A stretch of DNA of 63,813 nt from Octopus bimaculoides (lineage: Eukaryota): NCBI RefSeq assembly GCF_001194135.2, contig NC_068984.1, forward strand, positions 39,401,398 through 39,465,210, given 5' to 3'. Position numbers and translations under genes: made by a program. How positions within the stretch are numbered: position 1 is the stretch's first letter; every line of letters begins with the position of its first letter. Below, piece after piece: positions 1 through 11,300 of the stretch. A model generated the notes under the pieces. It had not been told where the DNA came from. It worked only from the letters and a program-made list of their open reading frames with translations, and made no database searches.

Positions 1-12
1 TATATATATATA

Positions 13-178
13 TGACGGGCTTCTTTCAGTTTCTGTCTACCAAATCCACTCACAAGGCTTTGGTCGGCTCGAGGCTATAGTAGAAGACACTTGCCCAAGG
101 TGCCATGCAGTGGGAATGAACCCGGAACCATGTGGTTAGTAAGCAAGCTACTTACCACACAGCCACTCCTGCGCCTAT
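13..178 (-). mobile_element. tRNA-derived SINE family 1, head region
   Basis: Minus strand reads ataggcgcaggagtggctgtgtggtaag (A box)...ccgggttcattccc (B box)...cttgggcaagtgtcttctactatagcc; family recurs across the window. Confidence 0.85.
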
Positions 179-216
179 ATATTATATAAATATATTATAT
201 ATATATATATATATAT

Positions 217-575
217 AGGCTTGCTTCCCAACCACATGGTTCTGGGTTCAGTCTCACTGCTCCGTACCTTAAACAAGTGTCTTCTGCTATAGACACAGAT
301 AGTGATCAAAGCCTTGTAAGTGGATTTGGTAGACAGAGACTGAAGAAGACCATCATATATGTGTGTGTCTTTGTGTTTGTGCCTGTCTCCTGCCACCACT
401 TGACACCTGGTGTTAGTGTATGTACGTCCCTGTAACATAGCAGTTTGGCAAAAGATATCAATAAAAAAATTACCATGCTTAAAAATTTCTTCTGAGGTTG
501 ATTCATTTGACTAAAACTTTTTCAAGGTGGTGCCCTTGCATGGGTACTGTCCAATGACTGAAACAAGTATAAAAC
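217..575 (+). mobile_element. SINE family 1, near-complete diverged copy
   Basis: Head ggttctgggttcagtctc, internal GT/AT microsatellite, tail ggtgcccttgcatgg...gactgaaacaagt. Confidence 0.8.
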
Positions 576-819
576 ACACACACACACACACACCACAGAC
601 TTCTTGTAGTTTTTGTCTACCAAATCCATTTAGAAGCCTTCTGTTGGCTTAGGGCTATATCAGAAGATAGTTACTCAAGTTTGGGGCTGACCAAAAGCCT
701 TGTCCTGAGATGACCAAAGCCTTGTATGAGGATAGAAATTGAAAGCCTATCATATCATCATCATCACCGTTTAACGTCAGCTTTCCATGCTGGCATGGGT
801 TGGATGGTTTGATATGGAG

Positions 820-1052
820 CTGGCTAACAGGGGACTGTCCAGACCCCAATATGTGTGTGTCTGTGTTTGTCCCACCACTACTTCTCAACTGGTGTTGGTT
901 TCTTTACATCTCTGTACCTTAGTGGTTCACCAAAAAGAGATTGATAGAATAAGCACCAAGCTTAAAAAGTATTGGGGTTGATTTGTTTGACTAAAATCTT
1001 CAGAGCAGTGCCCCAGCATGGCCACAGTTTAATGGCTGAAGCAAGTAATAGA
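820..1052 (+). mobile_element. SINE family 1, 3' half
   Basis: gtttgtccccacc...gatagaataagcacc...gtgccccagcatggccacagt...gaagcaagtaa. Confidence 0.75.
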
Positions 1053-1236
1053 ATAAAAGAATCTATTTATCCATCCATACATACACACACATATATATAG
1101 GCATATATATGTAAATGCAATATCTTTCACTCTCTATCTCTCTCTACATATGTGTGTGTGTGTGTGTTTGTATATATATATATATATATATCTCACAGAT
1201 GGGCTGAGATTCATTACAGCTGTTTCAGATGTGTTC

Positions 1237-1242
1237 TTTATT
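1237..1242 (-). promoter_or_regulatory. Candidate polyadenylation signal for the HtrL-like gene
   Basis: AATAAA on the minus strand ~140 nt past the stop codon; weak in AT-rich DNA. Confidence 0.3.
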
Positions 1243-1380
1243 GATGAACAAAACAATTTGTTCATGATTTATGATGTTTTATGCAATCATGAGAAGATGA
1301 ATTGTGGATCAATAAAATGCTGATGCTTCAACATACAAATCTTTACTACCACCATTCATATTTATATATATTTAAACAAA

Positions 1381-2295
1381 TCAGTTCTTTCCAGCTGTAT
1401 AACATAGATCAGATAATTTAAACCAACCTGAATAATAAAGTTGAAGCTTTGTTTCTGGTTTATGTTTGTCCACATACATTCCATATATCATCTGTTGATC
1501 TGTACTTATTAGCTTTATGGATAAAGACTTGTTAAGAAAGTTAAAATACTCTTGAGTAAATTTGTACAAAACATCATATTTACCAAGATTGCAGCCACCT
1601 GCTAACCATACCATATTATTATAAATAATGTCTCTATAGGTTACATACTGATTAAATGTAAAAACATTGCTGTAAGCAACTTTAGTATCATCAAAATTTT
1701 TAGGTATTACCATTTTCAAGTGTTCTCTGAATATTCCAATATCTAACCACATAAAGTATTTAGTATGATAATAGTTCTTTCTTATAACTCGGTTAAGAAG
1801 TTCAAATTTTGCATGCATGGCACAAGAATATCCAGGCACAACAGTGTTGGGAAGATGCCTTGGATAACCAGGCTGTTTGAATATATCAGAAATTTTTTTT
1901 TCTATCTTAAATGACCACAATTCTTTCTTGTCTATCAGAAATAACTTTGTTCGTTCTTTAGGAAAATTTCTCCTTAATTTTTGGAAATATTTGTATGCAG
2001 TTTTATCATCTGTATAAACAATTAGATTATTAGTCATGCTGCCAAATACAGACATCCATTTGTAATAGACATTTGGAGTATACTTATGTCCAGGATTTCC
2101 TTTTGCAAAGGATCCTAAATTGAAATATGCAGTCAATACTGAGATTTCATTGGAAAGGTTCATGGAATTCTTTGGAAGTTCCTTTTTAAAAGAGAAAATG
2201 TCTTCCTGAATTGAAGATATTTCTGTAGAATTTTGAATGATGTTTGGTGTTGTGAATGTTATATTCAAGTCATTAATCAATTTTGTCTGAGGATC
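1381..2295 (-). CDS. Terminal coding exon of an HtrL/YibB (WlaTC/HtrL)-family putative glycosyltransferase; upstream exon(s) not identified
   Basis: Stop-free 299-aa ORF in a window where TE ORFs are broken. Motifs VLTAYFNLG, LIVYTDD, PNTVVPGYSCAMHAKFELL, YFMWLDIG, WLAGG..G and TDQQMIY fit HtrL_YibB as I recall it. In-frame stop at 2322-2320 and pyrimidine-rich acceptor ...tatttattcaacAG (2298-2296) give a phase-0 exon start DPQTKLINDL. Confidence 0.8.
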   Translation of the reverse strand, partial: DPQTKLINDLNITFTTPNIIQNSTEISSIQEDIFSFKKELPKNSMNLSNEISVLTAYFNLGSFAKGNPGHKYTPNVYYKWMSVFGSMTNNLIVYTDDKTAYKYFQKLRRNFPKERTKLFLIDKKELWSFKIEKKISDIFKQPGYPRHLPNTVVPGYSCAMHAKFELLNRVIRKNYYHTKYFMWLDIGIFREHLKMVIPKNFDDTKVAYSNVFTFNQYVTYRDIIYNNMVWLAGGCNLGKYDVLYKFTQEYFNFLNKSLSIKLISTDQQMIYGMYVDKHKPETKLQLYYSGWFKLSDLCYTAGKN

Positions 2296-2884
2296 CTGTT
2301 GAATAAATAATAGATAAAACTATATTAAGATAGGGTATTCAAGAAAAACAATTCAAAATAGGTCATATCTTTATAGTGTCATATTCTCATCATTGAAAAT
2401 CACAATATATTATAAAGCAAATGACTACAAATAAAATTATAAGATTGAGTGAATCATTTGGCCTAAATGAAAGAGGGAAATCTTTTTAACAAATATATAC
2501 AGGCATTATCATAATTAATATCATAAGGAAATATTTATATCTAAGAAAATTTCAGTTAGTATAAAATACTATCACCCTTCAGTGACCTCAATAACAACAA
2601 TAGATAATCAACTTTGAAATTATTTAGATCAATCTAAACACAATCAACACAGAAAAACAATAATAACAATTAAGTGATGATAGTATGTAAACACCAAGAT
2701 GTAATAGATGTTAATGAATGATATAGTAATAATATTGATTCATGTATAAGGTGCAAAATGAAGTTAGAGGAAGATTAATAGAAAAGTTTTATTTTCTAAA
2801 CAGTCGGTATATAACTACATGTATCTCAAATCAATATATTTTTTCTGTTGCACATCAGATGGATCATGTGTGCTTCATTTCTTT

Positions 2885-3170
2885 CCAGCCTCCCCAAGTC
2901 GTCTCCATTCAAAGGGTTAACAGGGGACTAAATGACAAGCAAAATGAGGTTCTCTAACAGCAGCTTTTCCTTGATATCACTAATCTTTCTCATTAACTGG
3001 AACCATTTCACTTGATATACATCCCTCATCCTTGTCCTCTCCACCAACATTTTACATTGCGCCCTCATCCTGAACCATCAAATTAACTCTCCTCCTTTAC
3101 AACTTTACATCTCTCACTCTCCCCATGCACTACACCACCTTCATCTCCCTCTACACTTTCACAACCTACC
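2885..3170 (-). mobile_element. RTE-like LINE C-terminal fragment, decayed
   Basis: Minus-strand remnant GRVRDVKL..RRVNLMVQ..MLVERTR..W; low-complexity and frameshifted. Confidence 0.4.
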
Positions 3171-3254
3171 CAAACATACATTGTATCTCTTTCTTTCTCT
3201 CTTTCTCTCTCTCTCTCTTAGTCTTATACTTTCCCTGTTTACTGATTTATCACT

Positions 3255-3520
3255 ATTATTCTGGTGGCATGTAAAAAGCACGCAGTACACTCTGTAAGGT
3301 GGTTGGCATTAGGAAAGGCATCCAGCTGTAGAAACCATGCCCCAACAGACAATTTGGAGTCTGGACAGTTCCCCAGCTGGCCAACTTCTGTCAAATTCTC
3401 CAACCCATACCAGCATGAAAAACAGATGTTAAATGATGGTGATGAAGATGATGGTGATGACGATGATGATAATGATGATGATGACGACGACGACGATGGT
3501 GGTGAGGATGATACTTTACT
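3255..3520 (+). mobile_element. Retroposon 3' end (RTE-type tail/SINE) ending in (GAT/GAC)n
   Basis: ggcatccagctgtagaaacc...cccataccagcatgaaaaacagatgttaaatgatg; the same tail occurs at 3970-4070 (+) and 760-835 (-). Confidence 0.65.
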
Positions 3521-4271
3521 CTTCTTCATGCAACACTGACCACCCCTTATCCACCAGCTATACTTCTCAACTCTATCTAATCAATCTCTAAAGTTGTTAT
3601 CTACTCTTCCCACCTCTCCTACTTGACGTCTGCACAACACTTATTTTCCAGTCATTATAGCCCCACCACCACCACCCATACATTCTTACAATCTCTATCC
3701 ACCCATACACCTACTTCTTTTGCTCTCATTCACTTTTACATGCCTTGTACTTTGAGGGTTGACTCAGTCACCTCATCATCACTTTTTATCTCTTCACAGC
3801 CCCACCCCAATAATCCCACCTCTCTTTCAAAATGTGGACAACCATGTGGTCTCTCTACAGCAAGAAACCTGTTATATTCTGGTCCCTTCTTTCATGCTTT
3901 AATCCTTCATTTCCTTTCATAAAGCTACCTCTATTGTGGTTTCTGGTCTTGCAAAGTGCATGGTGATCTCACTAGCATGGAATATGGATGTTAAATGATG
4001 CTGATGATGATGATGATGACGCTAACAACGACAATGATGATGACAGTAACGATGACAATGACAAGGAGGTGGGGGAGCTCAAACTATAGCCTAGCACTTG
4101 CCTTTTTCATAGAACTTAATCATACTTTAGATCAACTTTTACCCATTCATGACTGGGTAAAAGTTGAAGTTAAGAATATTATTTACCTCTGATGGCTTTT
4201 ATTTTGATGACTTTCGTAATATTGATATTACTATCAATAATATCCTCCAAACATAGTGTCTTCTCCAAGTT

Positions 4272-4380
<109 letters not shown>

Positions 4381-4452
4381 GTTTTATCCACCGCTACTGT
4401 AATAGATTTTTCCCTACATATGTGTCACCTCAATGTCATACTCTATTACATC

Positions 4453-7260
4453 CAGTGGCGGATCTACAATATTGGGGCCCTGAACCTTAAAATGCTATGG
4501 GGGTGGGGCTTTACATCCAGCAACAGTAGGGTAACATCCAACAAGGGTCAAAGAATTTTCGTTCCCTTGCAAGGAACTCCAGATTCAGGCCCTGATAGCC
4601 TAAATGGTGGAGTTGTGATGTGGAGTCCTTAAAAATGAGTCTGAAAGTGAGCCTCTTTCCACCAGAAACGAGGTGTGGGTAATCACCGATATCTTTGTCG
4701 ATGTCGTTGTTCCATGGCAGATCACTACAAATATTTTCCAGGCTATACCTTATACTTTTAGAGTTATGGGGATTGAAAATTAGGGAAGTGTTATATACAT
4801 GCATGATGCATCATTAAAATACATATGAAAATTACAAAATACTCTTTTTTTCTGGTTTTTTTTTGTAATAACAGTTTTGTCATATGACAGCTTCTTTGCA
4901 ATGTCATTTTCTAGAGACAATATGCTTAAGGAATTTAAGCACTCTTCAGTCATGGTAGACCGAAATTTATTCTTTACAAAGAAAAGCTTTGAAGAACTCC
5001 TTTTTGTTTCACAGCTTGTGAATGGGCAATGTCAAGTACAGCTTATGTGCAGTAGTAATATTTGGGGACACTTCAATTAATTGTTGCTTATAAATAAGCT
5101 GAAAATCTTCTGTGTGTTGCATTTTAGATGGTGAGTTTTCTTCTGTGTTCCAGGATTTCCTAACTGATAACACTCATTTATTAATTTGTGGTCAATATCG
5201 TCTTTGTAATGCGATATTATAAGTTTGATACTGTTCTCATCAAATTCTGAATTGTTCATCAATTCTGAGAGAAACTTGAACCTTTACGCAGTTTGCTCAT
5301 ATGGGCCCATCCTCTTGCTTAACTGGATTATCAAGCAATCATAGACTTGATTTAGAACTTCTATCCTAAATTTTTCAGCCACCTTTCAAAGAAGCCCTGT
5401 CACTTGCAAATTTCTTTGTAACAATGCGTTTGGAAACATCAGAATAATTTGAGGTGTGATATATTCACATAAACCTTTTGCTATTGATTCAAATACATCA
5501 GAACCAAGGGTTTGGAGTTTCTTGCTTGTTTTGTTAAAACGCTCCGTAACGTCTTCCCAAACGACTGTTAAAACAGCATATTCCAATTTTACCAACTTTG
5601 CATCTTGCTTACATTCAGGCTTCTCTTCTGAGTCTTCAAACATATGTTTAAGAGTTTGTAAAATATCCCTAGATCCATTTTTAATTGTCCGGACTACTTC
5701 ATAGTGTTCAGACCATCTAGTTACACTTAAGCTCTTTAGAGAAAAGGCTAGATTGCCCTGTGTGTCCAGAATCCCACTTCTTCGAGGAGATTCAGAAAAG
5801 AAAATACACAGCTGCTGTAAGGTGACAAAATAGTCAACAACTTCAGGTGCAGTAGACACTGTCTTTTACCAAACAAGGTTGAGTGAATGGTTTCCACATG
5901 GTACATAGTCTGCATATCTGTTAATGATTTTAAGAAGTACTTGCAGCCCTTTATCCGAGCCTTTCATGTTGGAAGCATTATTGTACAACTGACCTCTGAT
6001 ATTTTCAAGTGAAAGCTTATGCTCCCCCAGAAATTGTGTTATTTTGTTGAGCAAGGTCGTGAATGAATGGTTTTCTACTGGAAAAAAAGCTCAAAATCTC
6101 TCATAGGGTTTTCCATCATTATAATATCAAACCACAATTATTAGCTGGTCAACATGTATCACGTCAGGTGTGGAGTCAACTATAATTGAGTAGTATTTGG
6201 TGTCTAGATTGTTGATCTGATTCCCCACTTCATCTTTCATACGTTTTCCCATGATTTGTATCAATTCTTCGTACACAGATTTGGATAGGTTAGTAATGTG
6301 TACTTTTTTCATTTTTACATTTCTCTAAATGTTCATGTAAAAATGGGCAAAACTCCACAATAAGCTAAATGACCCCCGTAAAATTTCCATTGTTTGGGGA
6401 GCCCCACTTTTCCTCATGACTTCTAAATGTTAAAACCTCTTTCACTTAAAAACTTTATAACTGCTACATCTCTTTTTAGTATTTCAAAACAGTACTGCAT
6501 GTTTTTTTTCAACTGTTCCTCAAGTTGCTGATCCACAGTGTTTTTATTTGACTTTTGAGTTAGCCAGCTCAACATCACCCTGTAATGTTCCATGCTGTCT
6601 TCATGATTTTCTAGAGATCTGAGTATATTCATCCTATCAGAAAACCCACCTGTTGTAAGTGATATTTGGCACTTAGAAAAGAGTTTATTCTTTGAGTAAA
6701 CTAACCAGGATCTCATCACAGTCTGACCATTTTTCAATCTTTTTTTTCAAAGTACTTTTTTGAGAAACTTTGATTTTGCTGTTTTTAAATCTTATTGGAT
6801 TCAGTATTGGATACATTATCCGTTTTTTTATTTTGAAAAAAACTGATGTCTTGCATTGAACAGTTTTGTATGAAATCATTATCAATTGTTACAGGCCAGT
6901 TTGCCAGGTTACTGTATTCTTTGAAATCACTAAATTTGCTTCCTGTTTCTTGTTTCTGCTCTCTTTTCTTGAAGTTCTTGATCACTGTGATCATCATCTG
7001 CACCTCAAGTATCAACAGTAGGTTGCTTATTGCTAAACAGAGCACTCATGATTTGTGCACTATCATCGACTTCACTGGTGCTTGCATGGCTTGTTTCAGT
7101 TGCAGGTGATGACAAACTTTTACTTGACATTGTGAAATAGTTTGATAGTTTTTGACATTTAGAAATTTCATTAGATTGCTTTTCCTTGAGTTGGCGTTTC
7201 TGGTATCTGCTGAAGTACTTTCTTAAAGACATTGCTTATTCCTCTTGGGGCCTAGACCTC
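4453..7260 (-). mobile_element. hAT (Tip100/ZMYM1-like, DUF4371) transposon with pseudogenised transposase
   Basis: ORF pieces in order: MSLRKYFSRYQKRQLK; YYSIIVDSTPDVIHVDQL; RGQLYNNASNMKG..YVPCGNHSLNLV; FSESPRRSGIL..LKSLSVTRWS. TIR-like CAGTGGCGGATCTAC at 4453. The element's 5' end is not found. Confidence 0.9.
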
Positions 7261-8147
7261 TGCTAAAAGAAAATTGGGTTAATATTTTCATTAGCCGCAG
7301 CAAGACAGAGATAGATCAAGATAAGGGTCCACAACTTAATATATAGTCGCAAATGAAGAATTGTTCATTTTGTACAAGATGATATTCAAACAATTTTTAA
7401 AGAAGAAAAAATGCTTTGTTACTGAACAGATTGTAAGTCCAAAATTAGGAGGCAAACCCTTTCCTTGGACATTAAGTAATAGTGTGAAAATAAGAATTCT
7501 TATCTCTACCATGCTGATGTAGTAGTAGACATATTTGATGATGGAGGGGCAGAGCTGAAGTTTCCAAAATAAGGTTGGGGAGAGAGAATGTTTGGTATCT
7601 CAATGATCATCCTCAAATTTGGTTGTTATTTGCCTCATAAAATTTTATAATTCACTAATTTTTGAGAATTAGATTTGCTCATTTGAGATCTTTATATTAT
7701 TTTTTTTTTAAGATATAGATGTTTAAAGATGGCACCAGGTATTACTCTTATTCCAGTTTTGTCTCATTACATTTTTGTACTGCATCAATTTTGATGTGGT
7801 CTCCAGAATTAGCTTCTTTTTATTGAGAACTTTCATTTAAGTTTAATTAATTACACATATTCAAAATAGAAGAAAATTATACCATTTAGAAATTGAATCA
7901 AAGCATTATTCATCCATTTTTAAACATTTTTGTGCTGGGCTACTTTTTTGTTATACCCTGTCTTTCTCTCGGCACATGAGCTTAAAATTTGTAGATGGAA
8001 GGAAAGAATATTTGTGGAGACTTCTAGAAGAAAGTAACTCAGAAAGAAATATCAGCAACATGTTTAATATGCAGGGTCTCTAATAGGAACTATAACTGGA
8101 GTTGTGAGTAAAAAAAAAAAAAGGTAGCTGCAACAAGTGGGTGTAAT

Positions 8148-8215
8148 CAGTGGCAGATCTACCACAAAACTAATGAAGCTTGAGCTTCAGGGCCCCTAAT
8201 CCCGGAGGGTTCTCT
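8148..8215 (+). mobile_element. Second hAT-type terminus (orphan)
   Basis: CAGTGGCAGATCTAC plus cagggcccc subterminal motif, same orientation as the 4453 end. Confidence 0.55.
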
Positions 8216-8289
8216 CTAAATCAACTTAACTTTTTCATTCTATAATTTTTTTGTTTTTGTATTTTGTCTTAGTGGATGTCATATCATAC

Positions 8290-8780
8290 ATCTACGCAGA
8301 GTCTAGACACACAGGCAACCCAACCATATGTCATCTCTCTCTTGTCCTCCCTCTGTCAACTATTTCATTATTACTATCCTGTTGCTTACTCACCACTGCT
8401 CTCTTCTGCATCTCTCTACTTTCTCTGATTCATGCATCATTGGCCAGACCAGGCCATTTCTATCCACAGGTCCATCACTCCCTACATCTACCCTTCAATC
8501 TTACCCAACCTTTACAGTTGTTGCCTACCTCCCATCCCCTGTCCTCTTTCTCTTGTTCTAGCAAACCTCCACCTACTCTTGCTCCTAGTTCCTCTGTTCC
8601 CACTTCTTTTTACTCACATCATACTTTGAAGGGCCACCTGGACACCTTATCACCACTATTTATCTCATTGCACCTCCCACTGATCATTCTCGCACTCTCT
8701 TCTAAATGTGAAAAACCATGGGTCCTCTACAACAAAAATCTGCTCTGGCTCCACTTTCTCATACTTTGGCCCACCACCCT
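8290..8780 (+). mobile_element. CR1/L2-like LINE 3' fragment, strongly decayed
   Basis: Pyrimidine-rich pseudo-coding sequence resembling the CR1-clade C-terminus. Confidence 0.35.
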
Positions 8781-9117
8781 CTAAGTATAATTAATTATAA
8801 ATAAATATTAATAAGGTCAGAGTTAGCTCCCTTTTCACCAAAACTTAGAGTTACTCCCCTTTACTAACGCCGCCGGTGCTAAAAGTAAAAGACACACGCC
8901 TGAATTCTGAAAACAACTACGTGCGAAATGCGTTTGACTACGAGCTTGAACAGCACCCACCCTACCTCTCCTTCGCAGAAAGACTATTAACACAACTTCA
9001 ACTAAAATGTAAGACTAACTTTACCTAACTCTATTCTAATACCACTATATGCATTACTATATCCACTAACTGTTTCTCCTGCATCTCTCACACCATGAAC
9101 TTTAACATACTTCTCAA

Positions 9118-9169
9118 CATTCTGAAGAGATCTGCCAAACCATTTGGCACATCGAAACGATCGTAAATG
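9118..9169 (+). ncRNA. Minimal type I hammerhead ribozyme
   Basis: CATT-CTGAAGA-[GAT c TGCCAAA cca TTTGGCA c ATC]-GAA-ACGATCGT-A-AATG. Stem I CATT/AATG, intact core, palindromic stem III, GUA cleavage triplet at 9163-9165. Confidence 0.8.
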
Positions 9170-9294
9170 ACTCATTATATAATCTCCACATAATTAAATC
9201 AATGGCTAACTAGTCCAATTGACTTGCTTCTTGTGTTTGTTTCTCCATTCTCCACATAATTATATATACATACATACATACATACATACATACA

Positions 9295-9367
<73 letters not shown>

Positions 9368-9447
9368 AAAGTTTGTATGATTGTGCTTAGAAGAATATAT
9401 TAATTAATGAAATTCCATCTTAGTCTGATTTTCCCGTTTTATTATTA

Positions 9448-9679
9448 GCAATTTTTACAATTTAACAATTTTACAATATTGAAATTAACTAATACTTTCA
9501 TGCGTCACCCAGTCATCAAGTTTATGTCGTGACAGTCGTGTTCCACAATTGACAACTGTCAAATGTCGAACACGACTGTCACTACATAAACTTGATGACT
9601 GCGTGTCGCATGAAAGTATTAGTTTATTTCAATATTGTAAAATTGTTATGTTGTAAAATTGTTAAATTGCAAAAATTGC
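9448..9679. repeat. ~230-bp palindrome with a degenerate hammerhead on each arm (inverted PLE pseudo-LTR)
   Basis: Arms ~9448-9543 and ~9568-9679 are reverse complements. Each reads ATAAAC-TTGATGA-cTG(C/G)G..CGCAT-GAAAGTATTA-GTT outward. Confidence 0.85.
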
Positions 9680-9716
9680 AAATGATAGAACGTGAAAATC
9701 AGACTCAGTTGGAGTT

Positions 9717-10853
9717 TTATATCAGTGAGGCGGGGTGCGGTGCGCATTGATGCCGTCGCGAGGTAGGGCACCCGAAACGGCGTGCATTCTCTCTTGGTGA
9801 CCCCATACACTTGCTGGCGGAGTTCTCGACTAGTAGCACTTGCAAAACATCTAAGACCTTATGGTAGGTAACCACTGACAGACCGGAAATACAAGAGACA
9901 AGAGGACTGCTTGGAAAGACGAGCGGACAATGGGAAAGACTATTGACACCAGGAAAGACTGGCGGAGGCTGCGAACTTACAATCCTCGCCTTGAAACATG
10001 TTGTAACAGATACCAATGAGAATGACAGCCCCATGATTGACCAAGCGTGGTGAGTCGAGAATCAATCAAACCCAGTTAACACGGATATGACCTTGGACAC
10101 GAACAGCGAACGAAGTGCAAACAACTTTGGATGCGAGTTGTGCTGTAGGACCTTTGCAACCGAGAGAGGCTTGAAGATACATCTCAGAGAAAGACTTGTA
10201 AGAAGAGAGCAGAGCAGTGTGGATCATTTGATCGTAAAACACGTGGAAAATCATCCCCGGACTCAAACCACAGCGGATCGATAAATGCTACAGCAAAGAC
10301 CTCTTCTCGACAGGAAACTGCAGGTTATAAAACAGCTGCATCAGATAGTACTCAAAGGAAACCGAGGGTTCTGTGGCCTGCCGCTAATGAGAAAGGAAAA
10401 TATAAAGAGTTTGAAAACAAGGTATGTCGAGCTCTTTATAAAATGACAGGTTCTACAGTGGGGAAACTGGGAAAGTTAACAAGCTCAATATATGATACAG
10501 GAAAGTAATTATACACAGTGTGAGACGACTGTTGTTATCGTTAGGCCTAACTCATCGTAAAGTAAATACCACCATGACCGATATCCAAACGACAGTGAAA
10601 AAGGCTCGCTACTGGATTTGGTTAAAAAGAGACGATGAGCGATAGTTCGAAGAATATTGAGCTCTATTTGATAACCAGTTGATCTAGCAAGAGGGGCCTC
10701 ATATCAGTGAGGGGGCCAGTGCGCACTGATGCCGTCGCGAGGTAGGCCCTGAAACGGCGCGCATTCTCTCCTGCTGACCTCATACACTTGCTGGCTTCCG
10801 GTACTCGGAGTTCTCGACTAGTAGCGCTTGCATGTGCAAGTTGTTTGCAAAAC
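9717..10853 (+). mobile_element. Internally deleted HERO-like RLE non-LTR retrotransposon with direct terminal repeats
   Basis: N-terminal C2H2 finger CELCCRTFATERGLKIH, then VLWPAANEKGKYKEFE, joined to C-terminal KKARYWIWLKRDDER*. Repeats at 9717-9851 and 10701-10853. Confidence 0.7.
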
Positions 10854-10859
10854 ATATAT

Positions 10860-11300
10860 ATATAACGTCGGAAAATGAAGTCAGAACTGCCATATATACA
10901 AATAAATATAATAAATGCTCATGCAAAGAAAAATTAAAATACCCATTGAAGAACTTCTGTATGAGTACAAATCTTGTACATAAATGTACCGTGCATATAT
11001 TGGGAAAACAGCTGATGCATTCAAGAATCGTTATCGCAACCATGCCGCCAGCTTCAAGAGAATCAATAAGAGACATTCAACATCTTTGGCCGATTTTGTG
11101 TGGCGACTGAAGGAAGATGAGATTAAGTATAACATAACCTGGTCCATAGTAAGGCACGCAAAACCATATAGTATTATTTCCAGGAGATGCCGACTCTGCT
11201 CCGAGAAGATCGTTGATAGCATCTCTGAAAAGACTTTCAAGAGGCCTACATGTATGAAAATGTACTTTCGCACATTGCAGCGGGAATGAATTTTAGTAAC
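10860..11300 (+). mobile_element. Penelope-like element, GIY-YIG endonuclease fragment
   Basis: KCSCKEK..YPLKNFCMSTNLVHKCTV / YIGKTADAFKNRYRNHAASF..STSLADFVWRLK..W..CRLCSEK. Confidence 0.85.

Noticed and set aside
2560-2760. Possible upstream TM-coding exon of the HtrL-like gene
   Set aside because: Hydrophobic reading is due to AT-richness; no frame gives ATG, TM and a phase-0 donor convincingly
8905-8940. CTGAAAA..CGAAATGCG motif; also CTGACGA at 13250 (-) and CTGATGA at 19860 (-)
   Set aside because: G8 missing, or no stems I/II can form
9717-10853. LTR retrotransposon call based on terminal direct repeats
   Set aside because: No TG..CA ends, PBS or PPT seen; internal coding is HERO-like non-LTR
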